Source: Corallococcus coralloides (lineage in GTDB: Bacteria > Myxococcota > Myxococcia > Myxococcales > Myxococcaceae). From it: a stretch of 64,000 nucleotides of DNA. Both the position numbers and the translations under genes were made by a program. Positions 16,401 through 24,193 of the stretch are shown here, in pieces. The notes beneath the pieces were generated by a model. The model had not been told where the DNA came from. It saw only the letters and a list, made by a program, of their open reading frames with translations, and did not search any database. The stretch is taken from NCBI RefSeq assembly GCF_004104415.1, contig NZ_CP034669.1, one strand, 5' to 3'. Each line of letters opens with the position of its first letter. Position 1 is the first letter of the stretch.

Positions 16401-18000
16401 GCTGCGCGCGGACCTGTCGGAGACGCAGGGCCTCTACGACGCGGAGCGCACCGCCCACGCGGCGCTCGCGGAGGAGACCACCGCGCGCATCCACGCCCTC
16501 ACCGGCGAGCGCGACAACCTGACCGCGGAGCTGAACGCCACCTCGCAGCAGCTGGCCGACACGCAGGGCCAGCTCGCCAGCACCCAGGACGCGCTGGCCC
16601 GCGAGGAGCAGGCCCACGCGCAGTCCCGCCAGGCCGCCGCCAGCGCCCAGGCGGAGCTCACGCGCCAGCTCACCGAGGCCCAGGCCAACGGCGAGGACCT
16701 GGCCGAACAGCTCATCGTCACCAAGCACGAGCTGGGCACGCGCGTGTCGGAAGTCACGCAGCTGTCCTCCACGCTCGCGCAGACGGAGGACGCGCGGCAC
16801 CACCTGGAGGACCGCCTCCAGACGCTCACCCACGAGTCGCAGCGCCGTGAGGAGCTCCTCCAGAACGAGGTCGACACCAAGGGCAAGGAGCTGTCGGACA
16901 CGCTCCGCAAGCTCACGCACGTGACGCAGGAGAAGATGCGTCAGGCGGAGGTGCTCAACCGCGAGGTCTCCACCCGCACGGAGCAGGTGAAGCAGCTGGA
17001 AGGCCAGCTGGAGCACCAGGCCTCCGAGGCGAAGAAGCAGGCGGACGCGCTCCACCAGCAGCTCGCCAACGTCTCCGGCGAGCTGGACGGGGCGCGCAAG
17101 GCCATCGCGGACCGCGACGGACAGCTGCAGCAGGCCGCGAACCAGCAGAAGAAGCTCACCAGCGAGCGCGACGGACTGGCCGGGCAGCTCCAGCAGGCCC
17201 AGGCCCAGGCGCAACAGCAGGCCCAGCAGGCCCAGGCCGCCGCCGCCGAGGCGAAGAAGCAGGCGGACGACCTGGCCGCGAAGCTCGCGAAGGCGGACCA
17301 GCGCATCGCGCAGCTCTCCCAGGAGGCCCAGAAGTTCGCCGCCGACACGGAGGCGAAGCTCAAGGACGCCCAGGCCCAGCTGCAGACCCGCACCAAGAAG
17401 GCCCAGGACCTGGAGCTGGCGCTGGAGAACGCCCAGAGCACCCGCGCCCGCGCGGAGAAGGACCTCAACGCGCGCGTCGCCGCGGCGGAGACCAAGGCCA
17501 ACGAGGCGGCCTCGAAGCTCGCCACGGCGCAGAAGGACCGCAAGGACCTGGAGGCCCGTCAGGCCAAGGAGCTGGAGGACCTCAACGCCAAGCAGAAGGC
17601 GGAGCTCGAGCGCCGCGAAGCCATCAAGGCGCAGGAGGTCGCCCGCCTCCAGACGTCCGTCCAGGAGAAGAGCAAGGCGCTCAAGGTCGCCGAGCTGGAG
17701 CTGGCCCGCTACAAGTCCAAGGCCCCGGCCGCCGCCCCCGCCGCGAAGGCCAGCGCCAAGGCCACCGAGGACGAGCACCTGGCCGCCACCGTCCAGGCGA
17801 ACCCGGTCATCCCGGCCGCCGCCAAGCCCCCCGCCAAGGCCACCGCCAGGCCGGCCGCGAAGAAGGCCGCTGCCGCGCCCACCCCCGTCCCCGTGGACGA
17901 GGAGGCCCCGGAGCGCACCATGGTGATGCAGCTGCCCACCGCCCCCGAAGCCGGTGGTGAGGACGACTGGACGGCGCTCGTCGACGAGCTCGACAAGTAG
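13405..18000 (+). CDS. aglZ: AglZ/FrzS-family gliding-motility protein: N-terminal pseudo-receiver domain plus a coiled-coil of about 1350 aa
   Basis: The N-terminus aligns to the FrzS receiver (RRPDLVVVRAELPDQSGFALCGQIKKGKW against FrzS RDRPDLVVLAVDLSAGQNGYLICGKLKKD); an Arg sits where the phospho-acceptor Asp is expected. The rest is heptad-rich coiled-coil with 28-aa repeats. Start is ATG at 13405, with an alternative GTG at 13393. Confidence 0.7.
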   Translation: MERRVLIVESQNDFALSMASVLKSAGYNTAMATTASDAQRELEKRRPDLVVVRAELPDQSGFALCGQIKKGKWGQNLKVLLLSSDSGVEGLNKHRETPAAADGYLVIPFEMGELASMSTGIVPPGSDESDADLDAALSGAPREAPPPMPGVRTGAPPKLPKRERRSAMTDEDKSFMDRAFSSIADRKAELLAESRQLKRPPPRRELMGTPEGKIQILRDELKTREAQLARLSEIWSVRERELLSVEDRLHEKDVELQGLKMQVDDLLRRFNDAQQSIVQKEREHGATVDDLLLQKFSSEKDLIEVVASKEKDINVLRKEVNLRDEELARRGADLESWRNEFDKLEKHLGVVTLEFEVKEQKLQDTVRANEADILQLRERGDQFESELARTVSERDQRYAELDGELQALQERLTQTEQERDATVRGLEARATTAEEHASRSDAEIERLNAERAALEQRLTQQVADLESDIARVTGERDQLRLDKDALEADLTQRVEERDAKLSALDRELQEAIARNENSEAELNATIQQHRERIGELEGEVEAVKTHLEDRENELTAELQALQQAKDALEQDLTSQLEDLRAAKDALEADLNGQIQALTEQLDASQRQGEQLSARVASLEDTVAQRDGTIEGLQTDVSDRDARIAELTGNLEATSQQLSETQNTLSSTEATLAETRGELEATSQQLSETQGTLSNTEATLAETRGELEATSQQLSETQTRLAQTEETLSTTRGELEATSQTLATTEATLADTQGTLARTEGTLADTQATLSSTEGTLAETRGELEATSQTLADTQSRLARTEETLSTTRGELEATSQTLADTQATLSSTEGTLAETRGELEATSQTLTDTQAKLAQTEGTLASTQGELEATSQTLATTESTLAQTQDTLARTEGTLADTQATLSSTEGTLAETRGELEATSQTLTQTQETLESTRADLAKVTSHRDELDAELNETRDILQETNGLLARTTEERDARIADLAALNAAKDALEQDLTGQIGQLRADLSETQGLYDAERTAHAALAEETTARIHALTGERDNLTAELNATSQQLADTQGQLASTQDALAREEQAHAQSRQAAASAQAELTRQLTEAQANGEDLAEQLIVTKHELGTRVSEVTQLSSTLAQTEDARHHLEDRLQTLTHESQRREELLQNEVDTKGKELSDTLRKLTHVTQEKMRQAEVLNREVSTRTEQVKQLEGQLEHQASEAKKQADALHQQLANVSGELDGARKAIADRDGQLQQAANQQKKLTSERDGLAGQLQQAQAQAQQQAQQAQAAAAEAKKQADDLAAKLAKADQRIAQLSQEAQKFAADTEAKLKDAQAQLQTRTKKAQDLELALENAQSTRARAEKDLNARVAAAETKANEAASKLATAQKDRKDLEARQAKELEDLNAKQKAELERREAIKAQEVARLQTSVQEKSKALKVAELELARYKSKAPAAAPAAKASAKATEDEHLAATVQANPVIPAAAKPPAKATARPAAKKAAAAPTPVPVDEEAPERTMVMQLPTAPEAGGEDDWTALVDELDK
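15340..16215. repeat. In-frame tandem repeats of about 84 bp (28 aa) inside the aglZ-like coiled-coil
   Basis: Protein repeat ETRGELEATSQ(Q/T)L(S/A)(E/D)TQ.TL(S/A).TE(A/G)TLA iterated at least 10 times. These are coding repeats, not a CRISPR array. Confidence 0.6.
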
Positions 18001-18023
18001 CCGTCACCCCCGCTGGAAACGAC

Positions 18024-18058
18024 AAGGGCCCGCGCACTCCGTGGAGTGCCGGGCCCTT
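18024..18058 (+). terminator. GC-rich hairpin immediately downstream of the aglZ-like stop (putative intrinsic terminator)
   Basis: aagggcccgcgcactcc-gtg-gagtgccgggccctt forms a near-perfect stem of about 16 bp, 24 nt after the TAG at 18000. No U-tract follows, which is common in high-GC genomes. Confidence 0.35.
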
Positions 18059-18090
18059 CGTCCATCTCAGGACCGTCCTACGCCGGCGGG

Positions 18091-18315
18091 TTACAGCGCC
18101 GTGGCCGCCCGTGCCTCACGGATGAGGTCCCGGAAGTGCAGCGCGCCCACCACGTCCCGCACCACCGACACCGGACGGCCCTGTTCCCGGGCCTGCGCCT
18201 GGGCCACCCGCCAGCGCTCCAGCAACGTCCGCGTCGCGATGTACGCCAGCACGAGGGGAAAGCCCCCCGGCATCACCACCACCAACACCGCCATCGCCAG
18301 CTTCAGCCACGCCCA
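18091..18315 (-). CDS. Small hypothetical membrane protein (about 75 aa)
   Basis: MWAWLKLAMAVLVVVMPGGFPLVLAYIATRTLL... contains one TM helix and shows a strong GC3 codon bias. The N-terminal extension up to 18396 has weaker bias. Confidence 0.35.
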   Translation of the reverse strand, partial: WAWLKLAMAVLVVVMPGGFPLVLAYIATRTLLERWRVAQAQAREQGRPVSVVRDVVGALHFRDLIREARAATAL

Positions 18316-18499
18316 CATGACCCGCGACCTCGTCGTCCTGAGATACGCCCGCTTAGATGCACGGTGCATGCCCGCGGTGCGAAAATAGTTACGCACTCTG
18401 ATTCCGCAGGGTTACAGCTCCCACGGTCCTCAAGAGTGCGGACGGCGCCCCCACAACCCTGGCATTTTTGCCGCAGTCGGCGCGAAACCGTCGGTTAAG

Positions 18500-19450
18500 T
18501 TGACGGGCGTGAGCCCCCCTCGACTGACTTCGGAGATCCGCTCGTTCACCAGCGTGGAGGACGCGGCGCGTCGCCTGGAGGCGGTGGGCTACCTGTCGTC
18601 TCCTGAAATCGCCACGGCGGTGTTCCTGGCGGACCGGATGGGCAAGCCCATCCTGGTGGAGGGCCCGGCCGGCGTGGGCAAGACGGAGCTGGCCAAGGCC
18701 CTGGCGCAGGCGCTGGATCGGACCTTCCTCCGGCTCCAGTGCTACGAGGGCCTGGACGAGGCCAAGGCCCTCTACGAGTGGGAGTACGCCAAGCAGCTGC
18801 TCTACACGCAGCTGCTCAAGGACAAGATTGGCGAGCTGACGCAGGGCACGGCCACGCTGGCGGAGGCCGCGGACCGGCTCGCGTCCGGCGACGCGGTGTT
18901 CTTCTCCGAGCGCTTCCTCCTCCCCCGCCCCATCCTCCAGGCCCAGCTGTCGGACACGCCCGCGCTGCTGCTGGTGGACGAAATCGACAAGGCGGATCCG
19001 GAGTTCGAGGCCTTCCTCCTGGAGGTCCTCTCTGACAACGCTGTCACGGTGCCGGAGCTGGGGACCATCAAGGCGAAGCATGTCCCGCGCGTCATCCTCA
19101 CCAGCAACAACGCCCGCGAGCTGTCGGACGCGCTCAAGCGCCGCTGCCTGCACCTGCACATCGACTTCCCGGACCGCGAGCGCGAGCTGAGAATCGTCCG
19201 CTCGCGCCTGCCGGAGGTCCCCCAGGTGCTGGCCGAGCAGGTGGTGGAGGCCGTCGCCGCCATCCGCGCGCTGGACTTGAAGAAGGCCCCGTCCATCAGC
19301 GAGACGCTGGACTGGGCGCAGAGCCTGGCGCTGCTCAACGCGGAAGCCCTCAGCGCGGACGTCGTCGCCGCCACGCTCAACCTCGTCCTCAAATACGAAG
19401 GCGACATCGAGAAGGCCCGCGCCAACCTGCCCACCATCGCGCAGGCCTGA
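18500..19450 (+). CDS. MoxR-like AAA+ ATPase
   Basis: Walker A GPAGVGKT, Walker B LLLVDEIDKA, sensor VILTSNN, and the MoxR/CbbQ-type C-terminal helical domain. TTG start at 18500 (GTG at 18509 is an alternative). Confidence 0.75.
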   Translation: MTGVSPPRLTSEIRSFTSVEDAARRLEAVGYLSSPEIATAVFLADRMGKPILVEGPAGVGKTELAKALAQALDRTFLRLQCYEGLDEAKALYEWEYAKQLLYTQLLKDKIGELTQGTATLAEAADRLASGDAVFFSERFLLPRPILQAQLSDTPALLLVDEIDKADPEFEAFLLEVLSDNAVTVPELGTIKAKHVPRVILTSNNARELSDALKRRCLHLHIDFPDRERELRIVRSRLPEVPQVLAEQVVEAVAAIRALDLKKAPSISETLDWAQSLALLNAEALSADVVAATLNLVLKYEGDIEKARANLPTIAQA

Positions 19451-19574
19451 CGCAGAGCGCCGCGGATAAAGGACACCGGACAGGCGATCGTTGGCGTTTC
19501 ACGCTTTGCGCTCCCGGTGTGCCTGGGTACAAGTTCCTCAGCTGTCCCACCCCTAGCCCGAGAGGAACACCCCG

Positions 19575-20525
19575 ATGAGCTCGACCTCATCCACCGTGCT
19601 GCGCGCCGAACACATCTGGCTCGATGGGAAGCTGATGAAATGGGACGAGGGCAACGTGCATGTGATGACGCACGCCCTCCACTACGGCCTCGGCGTCTTC
19701 GAGGGCATCCGCGCCTACAAGACCCATGATGGCCGACTCGCCGTCTTCCGGCTGCGCGAGCACATCCGCCGCCTGCTCGACTCAGCGCACATCATCATGC
19801 TGCAGATTCCCTACAGCGAGGATGAGCTGATCGAAGCCACGGTGGACCTGCTGCGCAAGCAGAAGCAGCAGTTCGCCAACGGCGCCTACCTGCGCCCGGT
19901 GGCCTTCATGGGCGACGGCGCCATGGGCCTGGGCGCGGTGAACCCCACCCGCGTGGGCATCACCGCCTGGGACTGGGGCGCGTACCTGGGTGACAAGGGC
20001 ATCAAGGAGGGCATCCGCGCCAAGGTCAGCTCCTTCACGCGCAACCACGTGAACGTGAACATGGTGCGCGGGAAGATCACCGGCCAGTACGTGAACTCCA
20101 TCCTCGCCAAGCGCGAGGCGGTGATGGCCGGCTACGACGAGGCCATCCTCCTGGACATCAGCGGCTTCGTCGCGGAGGCCTCGGGCGAAAACATCTTCAT
20201 GGTGAACAAGAAGGGCATCATCAAGACGCCGCCCCTCTCCTCCCCCGTCCTGGACGGCATCACCCGCGACACGGTGCTCAAGCTGCTGAAGGACGCCGGC
20301 CACACCACCATCGAGGAGGTCACCGTCACCCGTGACGCCCTCTACATCGCCAACGAGGTCTTCTTCACCGGCACCGCCGCGGAGATCACCCCCGTGCGCG
20401 AGGTGGACAACCGGCAGATTGGCGACGGCAAGCCCGGCCCCATCAGCAAGTTCGTCCAGGACATGTACTTCCGCGTCGTGCGGGGCCAGGAAGCCCGCTA
20501 TGCGGACTGGCTGACCTACGTTTGA
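19575..20525 (+). CDS. ilvE: Branched-chain amino acid aminotransferase
   Basis: Full-length class IV aminotransferase with the canonical IlvE blocks (HALHYGLGVFEGIRAY, the region carrying the PLP lysine, and TGTAAEITPVREVD). Confidence 0.9.
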   Translation: MSSTSSTVLRAEHIWLDGKLMKWDEGNVHVMTHALHYGLGVFEGIRAYKTHDGRLAVFRLREHIRRLLDSAHIIMLQIPYSEDELIEATVDLLRKQKQQFANGAYLRPVAFMGDGAMGLGAVNPTRVGITAWDWGAYLGDKGIKEGIRAKVSSFTRNHVNVNMVRGKITGQYVNSILAKREAVMAGYDEAILLDISGFVAEASGENIFMVNKKGIIKTPPLSSPVLDGITRDTVLKLLKDAGHTTIEEVTVTRDALYIANEVFFTGTAAEITPVREVDNRQIGDGKPGPISKFVQDMYFRVVRGQEARYADWLTYV

Positions 20526-20584
20526 GGACAGTCGGCGGACGTGAAGTCCCGGCGGACGGGGGAATCGGGTAGAACCCGTACCCG

Positions 20585-21922
20585 ATGCCTCCCGCCGGCT
20601 ACGCGTACGAAGACAATCCCTTCAAGCTGGAGAACCCGTCCGTCCTCGACATCGCTCCAGGTGAGCCGAAGTCGCTGGAGGACACGGGCCTGAGGATGGG
20701 CCTGCTCGCGGACCTGGGCCTCAAGTTCCTCTACTACGCCGGCACCGGGACGGGCGTGGCCATCGCCGAAAGCATGTGCCTGCCCTGGTCCGGCGTGGTG
20801 GAGCACGTGGTGGACTTCCTCGCCGCGGAGAAGCTCGTGGACCTGCGCGGCGGCAAGGGCTTTGGCCGCGCGTCCGTGGAGTTCGCCCTCACGGAGAAGG
20901 GCCGCGAGTACGCGCGTGACGCCCTCACCCGCTCCACCTACGTGGGCCCCGCCCCCGTCCCGATTGAGCAGTACAACGCCCTCATCAGCAGCCAGACGGA
21001 GGAGACGCCCGTCGTGGGCCAGGAGGACCTGGTCTCCGCCCTGGGCCACCTCACCGTCTCCGCGGAGCTGATGGACAAGCTGGGCCCGGCCGTGAACTCC
21101 GGCCGCTCGCTCTTCCTCTATGGCCCGCCGGGCAACGGCAAGACGAGCCTGGCGGAGGCGATTTCCCACATGTTCGGCGGCGAGGTCTTCGTCCCGCACT
21201 GCCTGGAAATCGACAATCAGATCATCAAGGTCTTCGACCGCATCATCCACACGCCCGTGTCGCTGGAGGCGGGTCGCGACGCCAACGGCCGCCGGCAGAC
21301 CTTCGAAATGGACAAGCGCTGGTCGCTCTGCCGGCGCCCCGCGGTGGTGGTGGGCGGCGAGCTGACGCTGGAGACCCTGGATCTCATCTACTCGGAGAGC
21401 ACCCGCTTCTACGAGGCGCCGTTCCAGGTGAAGGCCAACGGCGGCATGCTCCTCATCGACGACTTCGGCCGCCAGAAGGTCCACCCCACGGACCTGCTCA
21501 ACCGCTGGATCGTCCCCCTGGAGAAGCGGGTGGACTTCCTCACCCTGCACACCGGCAAGAAGTTCGAGATTCCGTTCGATCAGCTGCTCGTCTTCTCCAC
21601 CAACCTGGACCCCAAGGAGCTGGTGGACGAGGCCTTCCTGCGGCGCATCAAGTACAAGATTGAAGTGGGCAACCCGGATGAGGAGTCCTACCGGGAGATC
21701 TTCCGCCGGGTGTGCGAGGCGGCGGGCATCCCCTACGTGGACCAGGCCATCACCTACCTGGTGGAGCACTACTACAAGCCGCGCAGCATGGAGATGCGCT
21801 CCTGCCACCCCCGCGACCTCGTGTCGCTCATCCGGGACGCCGCCCGATACCGGCAAATCCCGCCAGCCCTTTCAAAAGACCTGCTGGACCAGGCGTGCGA
21901 GGTGTTCCTGGTGAATCTCTAG
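20585..21922 (+). CDS. AAA+ ATPase with an N-terminal winged-helix-like domain (function unknown; DnaC/IstB-like Walker B)
   Basis: Walker A GPPGNGKTSLAEAI, Walker B MLLIDDFGRQ, sensor-1 LLVFSTN, Arg-finger region FLRRIKYKIEVG. The N-terminal approximately 150 aa are predicted helical. Confidence 0.7.
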   Translation: MPPAGYAYEDNPFKLENPSVLDIAPGEPKSLEDTGLRMGLLADLGLKFLYYAGTGTGVAIAESMCLPWSGVVEHVVDFLAAEKLVDLRGGKGFGRASVEFALTEKGREYARDALTRSTYVGPAPVPIEQYNALISSQTEETPVVGQEDLVSALGHLTVSAELMDKLGPAVNSGRSLFLYGPPGNGKTSLAEAISHMFGGEVFVPHCLEIDNQIIKVFDRIIHTPVSLEAGRDANGRRQTFEMDKRWSLCRRPAVVVGGELTLETLDLIYSESTRFYEAPFQVKANGGMLLIDDFGRQKVHPTDLLNRWIVPLEKRVDFLTLHTGKKFEIPFDQLLVFSTNLDPKELVDEAFLRRIKYKIEVGNPDEESYREIFRRVCEAAGIPYVDQAITYLVEHYYKPRSMEMRSCHPRDLVSLIRDAARYRQIPPALSKDLLDQACEVFLVNL

Positions 21923-22042
21923 TCGGGTTTTATTTGTTCCAACCGCGCGGAATTTCTAGACTCCGCGTGCCGTTGTACCTCCCGGCGCAGCCTCTGAGAA
22001 CCAGCGCCCGGGGCGGGCCGGAGCGAGAAGGAGCCGCAGTCC

Positions 22043-22882
22043 GTGAAGGAACGCTACCAGGACATCGACGAGAAGAACGAGCAGCTGCGCGAGTACCTTG
22101 AGATCTACAAGGGCAAGCCGCCAGCGCGTGAGTACCTCGACCGCTTCGAGATGTCGTGGATCTACCACGACGCCGCGCTCGAAGGCGTCGTGTACACGCA
22201 CCAGGAGCTGATGGCCGCGCTCTTCCCGGAGCGCACGGCGGCGGAAGCCTCCATGATCCCGGTGGTGCTGGAGATCCGCAACCACAAGGCGGTGGCGGAC
22301 TTCATCCGCGAGGAGGCCGCGGGCGCGAAGAAGCAGTCCGCGCTCACGCTCACCACCATCAAGCGGATGCACGACCTCTTCCTGGGCAACACGCCGGAAG
22401 CCCTGGCCGAGCGTGCGCGCATGGAGCGCCGCGAGCGCACGGAGAAGGAGCTGGCCAAGGAGCGCGACCGCGCGGGGCTGCGCAAGGACATGCCCCTGCA
22501 CCGCACCTACTTCCACGACATCACCCAGCCCGCGAAGATCCAGGCCCGGCTGGAGAAGCTCGTGGACCACACCGCCAGCGCGGAGTTCCGCGAGTTCCAC
22601 CCCATCAAGCAGGCGGCGGTGGTGCAGCACGAGTTCCTGCAGATCTTCCCCTTCACCGAGCACAGCGGGAAGGTGGGGCGCATGTGCAGCAACCTCATCC
22701 TGCTGCGCAACGGCTACATGCCCGCCGTCATCCACTCCATCGACCGGCAGCGCTACTACGAGTCCTTCCGCGCGCCCGTGGCCACGTTCCGCACGGTGCT
22801 GATGGACGCGATGGAGAACTCGCTGGACAACGGCGTGAAGTACTTCCGAGACCTCGGCCGCAAGTACAAGACGGTGGAGTAG
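22043..22882 (+). CDS. Fic/Fido-domain protein with a non-canonical active-site motif (FPFTEHSGKVGR)
   Basis: Aligns to the Fic core (IHPFxDGNGRxxRLLxNLLLLRxGY against IFPFTEHSGKVGRMCSNLILLRNGY). The catalytic His is replaced by Phe. GTG start at 22043. Confidence 0.75.
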   Translation: MKERYQDIDEKNEQLREYLEIYKGKPPAREYLDRFEMSWIYHDAALEGVVYTHQELMAALFPERTAAEASMIPVVLEIRNHKAVADFIREEAAGAKKQSALTLTTIKRMHDLFLGNTPEALAERARMERRERTEKELAKERDRAGLRKDMPLHRTYFHDITQPAKIQARLEKLVDHTASAEFREFHPIKQAAVVQHEFLQIFPFTEHSGKVGRMCSNLILLRNGYMPAVIHSIDRQRYYESFRAPVATFRTVLMDAMENSLDNGVKYFRDLGRKYKTVE

Positions 22883-23071
22883 CGCGGCCCGGGGCGGCGT
22901 GCCCCCGGAGGACTGGCGAGGGAGCAAGCCTCCCACCCGTCCTCCGCCGCGGCGTGAAGAACGCGCGGCACGTCGACACCATTGGGATGTTGGAAACACC
23001 CCTGGAACGTCATGGGGAGGACATCCGACTTCTCGAATCCCCGTGGCGGAGGAAGTAAAAGAAGAGTTCCC

Positions 23072-24193
23072 ATGCCCGTGACCCCGTCCCTCCAAAGCCG
23101 CCGCGCCCAGCTTCCCGCCGGGAGCGAGCTCACGGAGCCTCCGCCAGCGCGGTTGGCGAAGCTGCCCGCCGCCGACAAGCTGGCCCGCCTGCTCCAGGTG
23201 GCCAAGGGTCACCGCCGGGCGCTCATCCTCACCCACGACAACCCGGACCCGGACTCCATGGCGGCGGCGGTGTCGCTCGCCCATCTGCTGGAGCGCAAGG
23301 CCGGCATCGAGGCCCACGTGGGCTACGGCGGCATCATCGGCCGGGCGGAGAACGTCGCCTTCGTGCGCGTGCTCCGGCTGCCGGTGTCGCACGTGTCGCA
23401 GATCGACTTCAGCCAGTACGACCTCTTCGGCCTGGTGGACACGCAGCCGCCGGTGCGCAACCACTCGCTGCCGGCGCGCTACCGCGCGGACCTGGTGGTG
23501 GACCACCACCCGCTGCGCGAGGAGAGCCTGCTGGCCCCCTTCGCGGACGTGGGCGGCGACTTCGGCGCCACCTCCACCATGCTGGCGGAGTACCTGCGGG
23601 CCGCCCGGCTGGAGCCGTCCGTCGAAATCGCCACCGCGCTCTTCTACGGCATCAAGGCGGACACGCGAGACCTGGGCCGTGAGACGACCCAGACGGACGT
23701 GGACTGCTACCTGTGGCTGTTCCCCCGCTGTGACAAGCAGCTCTTGGGACAGATTGAGCACCCGGAGCTGCCGGCGCGCTTCTTCCAGCTGTTCCACACG
23801 TCCATCGAGAAGGCGAAGGTCTACGGCACCGCCATCATCACCGACCTGGAGGAGGTCTACTCCCCGGACCTGGTGGCGGAGGTCGCCGAGCGGATGATGT
23901 ACCTGGAAGGGATGAAGTGGTCCCTGGCCTACGGGACGTACCGCAACCAGCTCTTCTTGAGCCTGCGCGTGAAGGACCGGCGCATGAACGCGGGGCGCCT
24001 CATCCGCGAGCTGTGCGAGGACCTGGGCGGTTCGTCCGGCGGCCACGGCAGCATGGCGGGCGCGCGGCTGCCCCTGTCCGGCAGCGCGAGCAAGCGCAAG
24101 GCGCTCAAGCGCGAGGTGGTGTCGCGCTTCCTCGAAGCCTTCGGTGTCTCCGAGGAGCGGCCGAAGTCGCTGCTGTCCGCGCAGGACACGTGA
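23072..24193 (+). CDS. DHH/DHHA1 family phosphoesterase (NrnA-like nanoRNase/pAp phosphatase)
   Basis: DHH motifs LILTHDNPDPDSMAAAV and VVDHHPL; DHHA1 motif GGHGSMAG. Start taken at MPVTPSL (23072), which has a good RBS; the ORF track's upstream extension is unlikely to be translated. Confidence 0.75.
   Translation: MPVTPSLQSRRAQLPAGSELTEPPPARLAKLPAADKLARLLQVAKGHRRALILTHDNPDPDSMAAAVSLAHLLERKAGIEAHVGYGGIIGRAENVAFVRVLRLPVSHVSQIDFSQYDLFGLVDTQPPVRNHSLPARYRADLVVDHHPLREESLLAPFADVGGDFGATSTMLAEYLRAARLEPSVEIATALFYGIKADTRDLGRETTQTDVDCYLWLFPRCDKQLLGQIEHPELPARFFQLFHTSIEKAKVYGTAIITDLEEVYSPDLVAEVAERMMYLEGMKWSLAYGTYRNQLFLSLRVKDRRMNAGRLIRELCEDLGGSSGGHGSMAGARLPLSGSASKRKALKREVVSRFLEAFGVSEERPKSLLSAQDT

Noticed and set aside
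13945-17778. 1277-aa minus-strand ORF and several 150-400-aa ORFs antisense to aglZ
   Set aside because: They are antisense to a strongly supported coiled-coil gene. They are dominated by L/R/G runs that mirror the sense-strand E/A/Q codons.
18389-19159. 256-aa minus-strand ORF overlapping moxR
   Set aside because: It is antisense to a gene with clear Walker A and B motifs and has no motif support of its own.
23917-24189. N-terminal 91-codon extension of the cysteine desulfurase ORF
   Set aside because: It overlaps the 3' end of the DHH gene in another frame. The IscS-like N-terminus begins at the GTG at 24190 (VIYWDHNAAAP), which overlaps the DHH stop.
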